The notes under the pieces are model-generated. The model saw only the letters and a list, made by a program, of their open reading frames with translations. It did no database searches and was not told the origin of the DNA. A DNA stretch of 32,000 nucleotides from positions 1 through 32,000 of IMG/VR virus record IMGVR_UViG_3300023506_000022; one strand, 5' to 3'. Origin of the DNA: a virus. Positions 22,280 through 31,783 of the stretch are shown piece by piece. Numbering within the stretch: the stretch's first letter is position 1; every line of letters starts with the position of its first letter. Made by a program: the position numbers and the translations under genes.

Positions 22280-24720
22280 TGATGCAGAATAAAAGTTCAA
22301 TAGTTCTGAATATGAACCTTAATGCAAGCGGATTTGCCCGAGGGATAAAAAGTGTAATCGGCAGTGTCAAAAATATGAATGAGTCGATGAAAGACGCAAC
22401 GAACAGCGCCTCAAAGATGTCTTCTGTAATGAAAGGTATAGGGAGCAGTGCCATAAAAGTCGGAAAAGGTTTAGCGGTGGCAGGAGCGGCCGCGGCGACT
22501 GCCGTAACGGCTTTGGTTTCAAAGTCTGTCGGTGCATTTGCTGATTATGAACAACTTACGGGCGGTGTAGAAACGTTGTTCGGAGCAGGCGGAAGAAGTG
22601 TTGAGGAATATGCACAGAGTGTCGGTAAAAGTGTTTCTGATATTCAAGGAAAATATGACAGTTTGATGAGTGCGCAAAATGCTGTATTAGAAAATGCAAA
22701 TAAGGCATATATGACCGCCGGAATGTCGGCGAATGAATATATGGATACCGTTACGGGATTTTCAGCGTCATTAATATCAAGCTTAGGCGGAGATACAAAC
22801 AAGGCGGCGGATTACGCAAATTCGGCATTGGTTGATATGTCCGATAATGCAAATAAAATGGGTACGGATATGGAGTCCATAAAAAATGCGTATCAAGGAT
22901 TTGCAAAACAGAATTATACTATGCTTGACAACTTGAAGTTAGGTTACGGCGGTACACAAGAGGAAATGAAACGACTTCTCAGTGACGCAGAAAAGCTTAC
23001 GGGGCAGAGGTACGACATTTCATCATTTGCCGATATTACACAGGCTATTCACGCAATTCAAACTCAAATGGATATTACCGGCACAACCGCAAAAGAGGCA
23101 AGCACGACAATAAGCGGATCGTGGGGGTCACTGAAAGCGGCATTTCAAAACGTGTTGGTGGGACTGACAACAGGCGGAGATATGTTTGACCAAAGTTTAG
23201 ACGCATTGATTAATACAGCCGTAACATTCGGACAGAATATTATACCCGCCATTAAAGGTGCTTTGAGTGGTGTCGGCTATTTAATTGAGGGTTTGGCACC
23301 AGTAATCGGCGAAACAATTCCACCGTTAATTAATGACCTCGCTCCTACATTGGCAAACAGTGCCGTATCGCTTATATCGTCTTTGGTAAATGGTCTGACA
23401 CAGAACGCAACGCAATTTTCAGAGTGCTTGAGCAATATGATTATTGTAGCGGTCGCCGGTATTTCAACCGTAGTGCCACAGTTATTAGATGCGGCGTCAA
23501 AAATAGTCAGCAATTTAATGCAAGGATTAACTAATTCTATGCCTCAAATTGTGAACGGAGCAGTAACTTTGGTAGAGGGGTTAGTCAATGGATTAGTGAA
23601 CAACATACCATTGCTTATTATGGGAGCCGTTCAGCTTGTTGCGTCTTTGGCAAACGGTTTGATAGCAAATTTACCAAGAATAATAGATGCAGGTGTAAAT
23701 CTGATAACAGGAATTGTTAGCGCGTCATATTCGATGATGCCTCAAATTATACAAAACGGAATGCAGTTGGTCGTAAACTTAGCAGTCGGACTTGTACGGG
23801 CAATTCCGCAGTTGATAGCGGCTTTACCGCGAATAACGGGTGCAATCGTAAAAGGATTTAAGTCTGTTAATTGGTTTGATTTGGGTTTGCAGTTGATAAA
23901 GTCAATTTGGGGAGGCATCAAATCAATCGGAAGCGAGATGTGGAACGGAGTCAAAGAAAAAACGTCAGAATTATGGGGCGGTGTTAAAAATGTTGTATCG
24001 GAAAAACTGAACAACATAAAAAGTGCCTATGACGCGCACGGCGGTGGACTGAAAGGTGCTACATTTGCGGCAATAGAGGGTGTCAAGGAATACTACAGGA
24101 CAGGCTATGACGCAATTAATCAATTAACAGGCGGTAAGCTCGGCGAGGTTGTCAATGCAGTCGGTGAAAAGATGGAAGTCGTAAAAGGTAAATTCAGCGA
24201 AGCGTTTGGCAATGTGAAAAACACCGTAATGACTATTTTTGAAAACATTAAAAATGGTATTACTGAAAAAATCAGTGCGGCGGTGAACAAAGTCAAGGAG
24301 ATATTCGGCAGTATTGCCGACAAGGTATCGGACGTTTGGGGTAAGATTAAAGGAATTATCAAAGCGCCTAAGATTGTACAAAAAGGTACGGTAAGTATAG
24401 CCGGTGTCAGTACACCGATTCCGAAACTTGGACTTGAATGGAATGCAAAAGGCGGTATTATGACACGTCCGACAGCGTTCGGATATGCAAACGGAAAAGT
24501 CCAAATGGGCGGAGAGGCAGGAGCAGAGGCGATACTTCCGCTTAGAACATTTTGGAACAATTTAAGTCAATACATAGCCGAAAGCAACAAAGGCGGCAAT
24601 ACTATAACGAATGAAATTAAGATAGTTATAAACGCCGACAACAAAACCACCGATGAAATCGCCGACGACGTTATAAACGTAATAGTTCCTAAAATTCAAA
24701 AATGTATGGCAAATATGTAG
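22279..24720 (+). CDS. Tail tape measure protein
   Basis: ORF track (22276..), ~813 aa. AGGAGG-N7-ATG. It has long Ala/Gly/Leu-rich periodic hydrophobic repeats (…LVNGL…) and W/G repeats, and it holds the canonical position. Confidence 0.92.
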   Translation: MMQNKSSIVLNMNLNASGFARGIKSVIGSVKNMNESMKDATNSASKMSSVMKGIGSSAIKVGKGLAVAGAAAATAVTALVSKSVGAFADYEQLTGGVETLFGAGGRSVEEYAQSVGKSVSDIQGKYDSLMSAQNAVLENANKAYMTAGMSANEYMDTVTGFSASLISSLGGDTNKAADYANSALVDMSDNANKMGTDMESIKNAYQGFAKQNYTMLDNLKLGYGGTQEEMKRLLSDAEKLTGQRYDISSFADITQAIHAIQTQMDITGTTAKEASTTISGSWGSLKAAFQNVLVGLTTGGDMFDQSLDALINTAVTFGQNIIPAIKGALSGVGYLIEGLAPVIGETIPPLINDLAPTLANSAVSLISSLVNGLTQNATQFSECLSNMIIVAVAGISTVVPQLLDAASKIVSNLMQGLTNSMPQIVNGAVTLVEGLVNGLVNNIPLLIMGAVQLVASLANGLIANLPRIIDAGVNLITGIVSASYSMMPQIIQNGMQLVVNLAVGLVRAIPQLIAALPRITGAIVKGFKSVNWFDLGLQLIKSIWGGIKSIGSEMWNGVKEKTSELWGGVKNVVSEKLNNIKSAYDAHGGGLKGATFAAIEGVKEYYRTGYDAINQLTGGKLGEVVNAVGEKMEVVKGKFSEAFGNVKNTVMTIFENIKNGITEKISAAVNKVKEIFGSIADKVSDVWGKIKGIIKAPKIVQKGTVSIAGVSTPIPKLGLEWNAKGGIMTRPTAFGYANGKVQMGGEAGAEAILPLRTFWNNLSQYIAESNKGGNTITNEIKIVINADNKTTDEIADDVINVIVPKIQKCMANM

Positions 24721-24728
24721 GAGGCAAA

Positions 24729-25562
24729 ATGTTAGATTTCTATTTAAGCATAAACAACAGTGAAGAAGTTATACATATTCCTGTCACGCCGTCCGAATTT
24801 ACCGTATCGAGTTCACAAGGTACGGAAACTTTTGAAACGGCAAATTACGGCTGGATAAAAATTATCGGAAATCCCGAACTTAAAACTGTATCGTGGAGCA
24901 GTTTCTTACCGATGACCGACTATCCGTATTTAAGGGACAGAAGTATGAAAGGGCAGGAATACGCAGACAAGATTGAAAATTGGCGTAAACGTAAACTTCC
25001 GATAAGGCTTGTCATTACTTCCACGGGTATTTGCAATGTTGATATAAATACAGCGGCGGCAATAGATAAGTTTGATTACAGCGTAGGCACAGGCGGTGAT
25101 TTGAATTATTCAATCGAGCTTGGAGAAGTAAATCTTTTAAACGATGTACAGGAGGGGTTGACAGTGGCGCAGTATGATGAAATAATGGCGAGAATTGATA
25201 ATATAGAAGAAAGGCTTAGCAGTGTTGAAAACACAATGATATATAACTATATGGACGATAATATGCCGTCTTGGGCTAAACCGACTATTCAAAAGTTGAT
25301 GGACAGAGGTATTATAAGCGGTACAGACGATAACGAACTCGGTCTTACAATGGATATTATTCGTACACTTGTTATTATTGACAAAACAGACGGCTTTGAA
25401 AATTATACGGTTGACGTTATGCCGTCATGGGCAGAGGCGACTATTGAAAAGGTAAAAAGAAAAGGCTATCTAAACGGTGACGGCGAGGACGGATACGGTT
25501 TGACAAAGAGTATGATACGTTTGCTTGTTATTATGGATAATGCCGGTTGTTTCGGTGATTAA
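24729..25562 (+). CDS. XkdP-like tail/baseplate protein with two C-terminal SLH-like repeats in place of LysM
   Basis: ORF track (24702..). AGGAGG-N5-ATG at 24729. The N-terminus MLDFYLSINNSEEVIHIPVTPSEFTVSS...LPIRLVITS is XkdP/YqbP-like. The C-terminus carries two ~47-aa repeats. Confidence 0.8.
   Translation: MLDFYLSINNSEEVIHIPVTPSEFTVSSSQGTETFETANYGWIKIIGNPELKTVSWSSFLPMTDYPYLRDRSMKGQEYADKIENWRKRKLPIRLVITSTGICNVDINTAAAIDKFDYSVGTGGDLNYSIELGEVNLLNDVQEGLTVAQYDEIMARIDNIEERLSSVENTMIYNYMDDNMPSWAKPTIQKLMDRGIISGTDDNELGLTMDIIRTLVIIDKTDGFENYTVDVMPSWAEATIEKVKRKGYLNGDGEDGYGLTKSMIRLLVIMDNAGCFGD
25263..25559 (+). repeat. Tandem ~141-nt coding repeat (two 47-aa SLH-like modules)
   Basis: MPSWAKPTIQKLMDRGIISGTDDNELGLTMDIIRTLVIIDKTDGFEN (25263..25403) versus MPSWAEATIEKVKRKGYLNGDGEDGYGLTKSMIRLLVIMDNAGCFGD (25419..25559). 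Confidence 0.8.
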
Positions 25563-25567
25563 AAATG

Positions 25568-25595
25568 TTGCAATATTTTCCTTTTGTAATATAAT
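25568..25595 (+). promoter_or_regulatory. Promoter-like element TTGCAA-16 nt-TATAAT
   Basis: -35 is at 25568..25573 and a perfect -10 at 25590..25595. This is AT-rich DNA, so a chance match is possible. Confidence 0.45.
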
Positions 25596-25634
25596 AAAAC
25601 AAAAGACAAATTAAAAATTTCAAATAAGGCTTAG

Positions 25635-25664
25635 AAAGTACATCGAATTTCGATGTACTTTTTT
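25635..25664 (+). terminator. Strong intrinsic terminator inside the tail operon, 22 nt upstream of the next start codon
   Basis: Near-perfect palindrome AAAGTACATCG-aaatt-CGATGTACTTT followed by additional Ts. Confidence 0.8.
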
Positions 25665-25686
25665 GTATGCCGAAAAGGAGGTTTAT

Positions 25687-27612
25687 ATGGGCGTAATTGA
25701 TAATGCAGTTCAATGGGCGACAGATATTGCAAATGACGACAGTCATTGGTACAGTCAAGACGTGAGATGGGGACCGCATTATGATTGTTCTTCTTTTGTT
25801 ATAACGGCATATCAAAATGCAGGAGTACCTGTAAAAGATAATGGTGCTACATATACGGGGGATATGTATAACGTTTTTATTTCGTGTGGATTTAAAGACG
25901 TAACCTCGTCCTGTAATCTGTCAAACGGAGCAGGTATGTTAAAAGGTGATGTACTTTTAAATAAAGCAGACCATACCGCTTTGGTACAGGCGGACGGCGG
26001 AACAACAGTTGAGGCAAGAGGAACATCATTCGGTATTGTTACCAACGTGCCTTACAGAAATTATCCGTGGGATTGTGTACTCAGATATACCAAAGACGGA
26101 GGCGGTTATATTGCAAACTGGGTTGAGAGAGAAATACCGAACATCGGAAAGTCGCTCGCAACTAAATCATATATGGCGTACCAAACATATACGAACAGTC
26201 AAGCAAGCGGATATAAATACTTGTGGGGCAGTGACAGCAGTACGTCAAACGGCGGATTGCGAAAGTACAAAGATTTTATTTGTATGGCACTCGGTTCGTA
26301 TTACGGACCGGACGGCACGTTTGTTAAGATTGAATTTGACGACGGTAAAGTGATATACGCAGTCAAAGGTGACGAAAAGAAAGACAGCGAAACCGACAGC
26401 CGACATATGTATCACACAGGCAGTGACGCAAATATGACGGAGTTTATCATTGACGGAAATGTTGTGACAGGTAATGAAAAATTCACATCTGCATTAGAGG
26501 CGGAGGGGATTAACCGCTCTGCCCGTGTTGTGAGAATTTGGACAAGTGACACAGAGCCGACATATGGAAGTAACGGAAGTACATCGGGTGAAAAAGAATA
26601 TCATTTTGCGGATACCAACGAAAAAATACCTATCCACAATTCGATTTTCAAACAAGCACCTATGCTGTTAGACGGTGCTTTGAAAGTAGTGGTAAATGAT
26701 ACAGACGTATCAAAGCATATAGGAGATATATCGTGGACAAATACAAAAAATACACTTGCGACAACGATGTCTTTCAGCACTCCGAAACCTAAAGAAATGA
26801 AGTATATGAATATATACATACCAAAAATGGGCGATATTATGAGGTACAGCGGAGGAGATAAAGAAGATTTCAGAGGTGTAATAATCGAGGTTGACGACGG
26901 AGCAATGTATGAAAACAAATATACTGCCGTTGATGTAGGGTGGTATCTGAACAAAACCACCGACACATATCAGTTTACATCTATGCGAGCCGATGACTGC
27001 ATAAAGAAAATATGCAACGATTTATACATTCCGATTGTGCTTATTCCCGAATTGAGTACGCTTATAACTCAAATATATATCGACAAGCCCGTATCGGACG
27101 TTATCAAGGATATTCTTGAAAAGTGCGGAAGTGGGTATAACTTTGACTTTGTACCCGACGGTATGCGTATATATTTGTGCAGTGATATGTCGGTCGAGCC
27201 GAAGTTTAGAATATCGCCGAATACCGAACTCAAAAACTCAGTACAGTATATGGGTAATATTGAGCATAAAGGCAGTATTGAGAATATGAAGAACAGTGTT
27301 AAGGTGATAACAGATACGGACGTTATGACTACTCTGAAAGCCGAGGAGAGTATATCAAAATACGGCTTTCTGCAAGAAGTGGTAAAAATGAATGACGGAG
27401 ATAATGCGTCGGACTTGGCAAAGAAAAATCTTGGCGAGCTGAATAAGGAAGATGAAACGTATTCCGGTGAAATAATAGAGGAGCTGACAAGCTATACACG
27501 AGCCGGAAGTACGATAGAAAAAGACGGTGTTAAATATGTGATTACAAGCAGTCAGCACAGTATAAAAAACGGTGTTCACTACAATAAAATTGATATGGAG
27601 AGATTAGTATGA
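25687..27612 (+). CDS. Fusion of a tail-associated cysteine peptidoglycan hydrolase (NlpC/P60-CHAP/Amidase_5-like) with an XkdQ-like baseplate hub protein
   Basis: ORF track (25663..). AAAAGGAGG-N6-ATG at 25687. The N-terminus has YSQDVRWGPHYDCSSFV (catalytic Cys) and KADHTALV (His). The C-terminal ~320 aa sit at the XkdQ/YqbQ position. Confidence 0.85.
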   Translation: MGVIDNAVQWATDIANDDSHWYSQDVRWGPHYDCSSFVITAYQNAGVPVKDNGATYTGDMYNVFISCGFKDVTSSCNLSNGAGMLKGDVLLNKADHTALVQADGGTTVEARGTSFGIVTNVPYRNYPWDCVLRYTKDGGGYIANWVEREIPNIGKSLATKSYMAYQTYTNSQASGYKYLWGSDSSTSNGGLRKYKDFICMALGSYYGPDGTFVKIEFDDGKVIYAVKGDEKKDSETDSRHMYHTGSDANMTEFIIDGNVVTGNEKFTSALEAEGINRSARVVRIWTSDTEPTYGSNGSTSGEKEYHFADTNEKIPIHNSIFKQAPMLLDGALKVVVNDTDVSKHIGDISWTNTKNTLATTMSFSTPKPKEMKYMNIYIPKMGDIMRYSGGDKEDFRGVIIEVDDGAMYENKYTAVDVGWYLNKTTDTYQFTSMRADDCIKKICNDLYIPIVLIPELSTLITQIYIDKPVSDVIKDILEKCGSGYNFDFVPDGMRIYLCSDMSVEPKFRISPNTELKNSVQYMGNIEHKGSIENMKNSVKVITDTDVMTTLKAEESISKYGFLQEVVKMNDGDNASDLAKKNLGELNKEDETYSGEIIEELTSYTRAGSTIEKDGVKYVITSSQHSIKNGVHYNKIDMERLV

Positions 27613-27884
27613 AAAACGGAGTCGAAACACTTGCAAAGATGTTTAAGGACTGTGAAAACGCAACGAGTGATTTTGTCGTATTCGGTAAAATAATTGAGCT
27701 ACCGAACCTTAAAATACAATTCACCTCTAAAATAATTCTGACTAAGGACCATATAAAAAGTCTTATTGATTTATACAAACAGGATATTGACGGACGATAT
27801 GTTTATAAAGGCAGAGAAGTTGCAATGATTCCGTACAGTGACAATAACAGATATTTGGTGTTGGGGGTGACGGAGAATGGCTGA
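27609..27884 (+). CDS. XkdR-like (DUF2577) baseplate protein
   Basis: ORF track, 91 aa. ATGA overlap with the previous gene. The call rests on synteny. Confidence 0.75.
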   Translation: MKNGVETLAKMFKDCENATSDFVVFGKIIELPNLKIQFTSKIILTKDHIKSLIDLYKQDIDGRYVYKGREVAMIPYSDNNRYLVLGVTENG

Positions 27885-28263
27885 TTACACAAAAACAGAA
27901 CCTGCATTCGATTTTCAAAAGGGCGATTTTATTATTATAAACGGTCGTCCGAAAATGACGGTCGGCAGGGAACGTATAAAAAATTGGGTGCAAAAAATAC
28001 TCAATACGCAAAAGGGCAGATATAAAATTTATAACGGTACAGGATACGGTATAAATATAGAAGATACTTTTGTCGGAAAGAATTATAATCGTGACTACAT
28101 CCGTTCGGAAGTCAAGCGTGAGATAACCGAAATATTGACCGCAAATGAAGATATAGTGAGTATTGATAACTTTAATATGGAAGTAGACGGCTCACTGCTT
28201 ACAGTATCTTTTACCGTAAACAGCGTGTACGGCGATATAAATGACGTTAAGGGGGCGATATAA
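27877..28263 (+). CDS. XkdS-like (DUF2634, gp25-like) baseplate protein
   Basis: ORF track, 128 aa. The call rests on synteny. FDFQKGDF...NWVQKILNTQKGRY. Confidence 0.75.
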   Translation: MADYTKTEPAFDFQKGDFIIINGRPKMTVGRERIKNWVQKILNTQKGRYKIYNGTGYGINIEDTFVGKNYNRDYIRSEVKREITEILTANEDIVSIDNFNMEVDGSLLTVSFTVNSVYGDINDVKGAI

Positions 28264-29288
28264 TGGCTGAAACTATTGATACAATACTTGAACGTATGCT
28301 TTTGCAGATACCGTCAAGATATGATACGTCATCGGGAACTTATACATACGATATAGAAAAATCAACGGCAACGGAGTTTGAGAATGTTTATGATATTATA
28401 TCATCTCTTGACTCCTATTTTTATGCGTCAACCGCTACGGGTAAGTATCTTGATATGCGTGTAGGCGAGTTCGGATTGGAACGCAAAGAGGCAAGCTATG
28501 CAACAGGATATGTGACTGTAAGCGGTAACGTCGGAGCAAAAGTGTCTGTCGGTGAAAAGGTGGCGGCGGGTAATGTTATATTTAATATAACCGAAAATGC
28601 GATTATACCAAACGGCGGAAGTGTAACGGTACGAATTGTGTGTGACAGTGCCGGAGTAAAAGGCAATGTTGAAAAAGGGAAAATAAACAGATTTCCGGTT
28701 ACGATTCAAGGACTTGTATCCGTAACAAATGAAATTTCAACCACAGGAGGCAGTGACAAAGAAAGTGATGTTGAACTGCGAAAGCGTTTTACCGAATATG
28801 TTTCGCATCCTATAACAAGCGGGAATAAGTGGCAGTATATCTCTTGGGCAAAATCAGTTGACGGAGTGGGTGACGCAAAATGCTTGCCGTTGTGGAACGG
28901 GGCGGGAACGGTTAAAGTGATAATCGTTGACAGCGAAAAACAACTTGCGGGAAGTGAGCTTATAAATAAGGTACAGAGTTATATAGATGAACAATGCCCA
29001 ATAGGTGCAGATGTAACAGTTACAACTGCAACGACAGTAAGTATAAATGTTACGTTTTCGGCAGATGTGGACGAAAGTACAATTGAAAGTATTAAAGCGA
29101 ATATCAGAAATTATTTGCGTGATGTGTCTTTTGCAAACGGATATGTGTCGTATGCAAAAATAGGTCAAACCATATTGAATACAGACGGTGTTGACGATTA
29201 TTCAAATTTGAAAATCAATTCAAAAACAGAAAATATCGCAATATCCGAAACTGAAATTGCTGTTCTTGGAGGTGTTGCCGTTGGCTGA
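28263..29288 (+). CDS. Baseplate J-like protein (XkdT-like)
   Basis: ORF track, 341 aa. N-terminus MAETIDTILERMLLQIPSRYDTSSGTYTYD. The call is supported by synteny. Confidence 0.88.
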   Translation: MAETIDTILERMLLQIPSRYDTSSGTYTYDIEKSTATEFENVYDIISSLDSYFYASTATGKYLDMRVGEFGLERKEASYATGYVTVSGNVGAKVSVGEKVAAGNVIFNITENAIIPNGGSVTVRIVCDSAGVKGNVEKGKINRFPVTIQGLVSVTNEISTTGGSDKESDVELRKRFTEYVSHPITSGNKWQYISWAKSVDGVGDAKCLPLWNGAGTVKVIIVDSEKQLAGSELINKVQSYIDEQCPIGADVTVTTATTVSINVTFSADVDESTIESIKANIRNYLRDVSFANGYVSYAKIGQTILNTDGVDDYSNLKINSKTENIAISETEIAVLGGVAVG

Positions 29289-29820
29289 TGTAGGACAGAA
29301 TTTACCGTCGTACTATAAAAAGTCACGGTATATAAAAGCATTAAATACACCCGTCAATGCGGAATTTGAACGTTTGTATGAGTTGATAGAAATGTTTATG
29401 AAAAACAGATTTATTGACAGTGCCGATGAAGATGCCGTAAGAGAATATGAAAAAAGTTTGGGTATATCAGAAATCGGCAATACCCTTGAGGCACGAAAGA
29501 GCCTTATTAAAATAAGAATGAGAGGGTCGCAAACCTCAACAAAGGCGAATTTGCGGGCGGTAATTGAGAGTTACGGTGTATTGGTTGATATAACCGAAGA
29601 TATTAAGAATTACAGTTTTACTGTGACTTTTCATCAACCCGATGTACCTGAGATCATAATTAGGAATATTATTGAGGATTTGAAACCCGCTCATCTGTCT
29701 GTAACATATTCGTATGAATATACAGGGACATTTGAATTTGCTGAAAGTGAAAATGAATATAATATCGGAGTCGGATTTGCCGATGGCAATGGTCATGGCG
29801 GATATTTGGGAAATATTTAA
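29281..29820 (+). CDS. XkdU/YmfQ-like (DUF2313) tail protein
   Basis: ORF track (29257..). TTG 29281 lies 8 nt after GGAGG. NLPSYYKKSRYIKAL is typical of this family. Confidence 0.8.
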   Translation: MADVGQNLPSYYKKSRYIKALNTPVNAEFERLYELIEMFMKNRFIDSADEDAVREYEKSLGISEIGNTLEARKSLIKIRMRGSQTSTKANLRAVIESYGVLVDITEDIKNYSFTVTFHQPDVPEIIIRNIIEDLKPAHLSVTYSYEYTGTFEFAESENEYNIGVGFADGNGHGGYLGNI

Positions 29821-29832
29821 GGAGGGAATTGT

Positions 29833-31773
29833 ATGAATTTTAATAATAAATTGCCCGAGTGGAAGAATAGCGGTACAGAACCGAGTGACAGTCTAAAAAA
29901 CGACGGATTTAAAGCCGGATATAAACCGTCGGCAAATGTTTTTAATTGGTTTTGGAGTTTGGTAAGTAAGTGCATTACTGAAATTCAGTCAAAACTGTCA
30001 AACGAAGAAACCGCAAGAACAGAGGCGGATAAGAATTTGCAACAACCGACATTTACAGAGGCAAGCACACGAGTTAATATAACTTCCGGTGAAACGCTGA
30101 GTACATTGTTCGGCAAAATAAAAAAGTTTTTTACTGACCTAAAAACAGTGGCGTTTACGGGGTCATACACAGACCTATCCAACAAGCCTACATCAATGCA
30201 AAATCCCAATTCACTTACATTGACAATGAATGGTTTATCATCAAGCTATAACGGTTCGGCAACGGCAAGCAAGTCGTGGTATGCACCAACGAGTGTGGGA
30301 ACGGCAGGGTATAATTTGATTAGTAATGGTAGTGGTGCTCCTGTATGGCAACAACCACCTTATGCGGTATGCAATACAAGTGGAAGTACAGTAGCAAAAA
30401 CAGTTTCCATAACGAATTTTAAACTTGTTACAGGTGTGCGTGTGTTTATCAAATTTATATATGCACACAACTCAACAACAAAAGCCACTCTAAATGTAAA
30501 TAATACAGGTGCTAAAAGTATCAGATACAAGGGGTACGGTGTCTTTAAAGGTTATAATGGTGGTTACAACTCCACAGACAAACAATACCCAAATACTTGG
30601 GAAGCAGGTGAAATTGTTGAATTTATATATGACGGTACAGAATGGGTAAGTACCCTCGAAAAAAGAAAAATCGACCACAGCAATATAGTAGTAGGTACAA
30701 TTAATGTAGACGGTTTCAGAATACCTCCTTCAATAAGTGATGTTGATTTTATGTGCGGAATTGATGGAAAGTCCGATGTTGAGGTAATACAAGAGGCTAT
30801 AAATGCTTCGAGAAATGGTTCGAGGATAATTATAAAAAAAGGTAACTATTCAATAGACGCTCCCATTTATATGTACGGAGGTAACCACGCTAATAAGCTG
30901 TCTGGTGAGCAAGCAACTGATACACCTAAATTAAAATTTAGTAATAAAGGTATCATAACTTCACGAAGCAGTTCTTCTGACTCAAAAGTTACATATCCAT
31001 TATATTTTGAGAATATTGGAATGGAGCTAATGCCACAATTATGTATCGAGGCGACTAATATATATTTCGATAATGCGTATTCGAGATTAGATGTTACTAC
31101 GGCACAGAGTTTGGGAAGTACACCTATTAAGTCATCTGGTTTGTTTAAAATGAAAAATGGAAGTAGTATTGACTTTTGGATTAGAAGTAGCTCAAGTTAT
31201 ATATGCTATTGCGGTATTGATTGTACCAAAATAGAGATAGATGACAGCTCCGTATCATTGCAGAATGAGTGTTCGTCAACGCAAGGTGCAGGTGGTGATG
31301 ATTTAAACTTTATTTATAACGCTGACGCAACAGGGTATATACGAAATAGTAAATTAACGGGACAAGGTAATGGTAGAACAAATTTTATAAATGGGCAAGT
31401 GACTATTGATGAGTGTGATATTACTCTGAAAAATAGAAATCATTCATTATGTCACTACACCACAAACACAGAGCAAAAGTTATGTTCATTAAGAGATTGC
31501 ACTATCAATTATACGGCAAGTACATATTTGACTTTTGGTAAAATTGAGGGGTGTTTTTTCATAAATAAGGTTACTGCTGTTAGTTCGTCCGAGAATAACA
31601 AGCTTCAAATACTTTGTCCAACTCAAATGATAGGAAATACTTTTATTGGGCGTTCTGAAATGAATTTTAATTCAAATAAAGTACAGTTTATAGGCAATGC
31701 AATGCAGTATTCACAATCCTATACATCATTTCCGACAGGGAGTGTTAATACAGGAACAATGATTACGGGATAA
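29833..31773 (+). CDS. Tail fibre / receptor-binding protein with a C-terminal beta-helix-like domain
   Basis: ORF track, 646 aa. AAGGAGGG RBS. The N-terminus has the conserved LPEWKNSGTEPS...NVFNWFWSLVSKCITEIQ. The C-terminal half is a repetitive pattern rich in N, G, I and T. Confidence 0.85.
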   Translation: MNFNNKLPEWKNSGTEPSDSLKNDGFKAGYKPSANVFNWFWSLVSKCITEIQSKLSNEETARTEADKNLQQPTFTEASTRVNITSGETLSTLFGKIKKFFTDLKTVAFTGSYTDLSNKPTSMQNPNSLTLTMNGLSSSYNGSATASKSWYAPTSVGTAGYNLISNGSGAPVWQQPPYAVCNTSGSTVAKTVSITNFKLVTGVRVFIKFIYAHNSTTKATLNVNNTGAKSIRYKGYGVFKGYNGGYNSTDKQYPNTWEAGEIVEFIYDGTEWVSTLEKRKIDHSNIVVGTINVDGFRIPPSISDVDFMCGIDGKSDVEVIQEAINASRNGSRIIIKKGNYSIDAPIYMYGGNHANKLSGEQATDTPKLKFSNKGIITSRSSSSDSKVTYPLYFENIGMELMPQLCIEATNIYFDNAYSRLDVTTAQSLGSTPIKSSGLFKMKNGSSIDFWIRSSSSYICYCGIDCTKIEIDDSSVSLQNECSSTQGAGGDDLNFIYNADATGYIRNSKLTGQGNGRTNFINGQVTIDECDITLKNRNHSLCHYTTNTEQKLCSLRDCTINYTASTYLTFGKIEGCFFINKVTAVSSSENNKLQILCPTQMIGNTFIGRSEMNFNSNKVQFIGNAMQYSQSYTSFPTGSVNTGTMITG

Positions 31774-31783
31774 GGAGGACATA

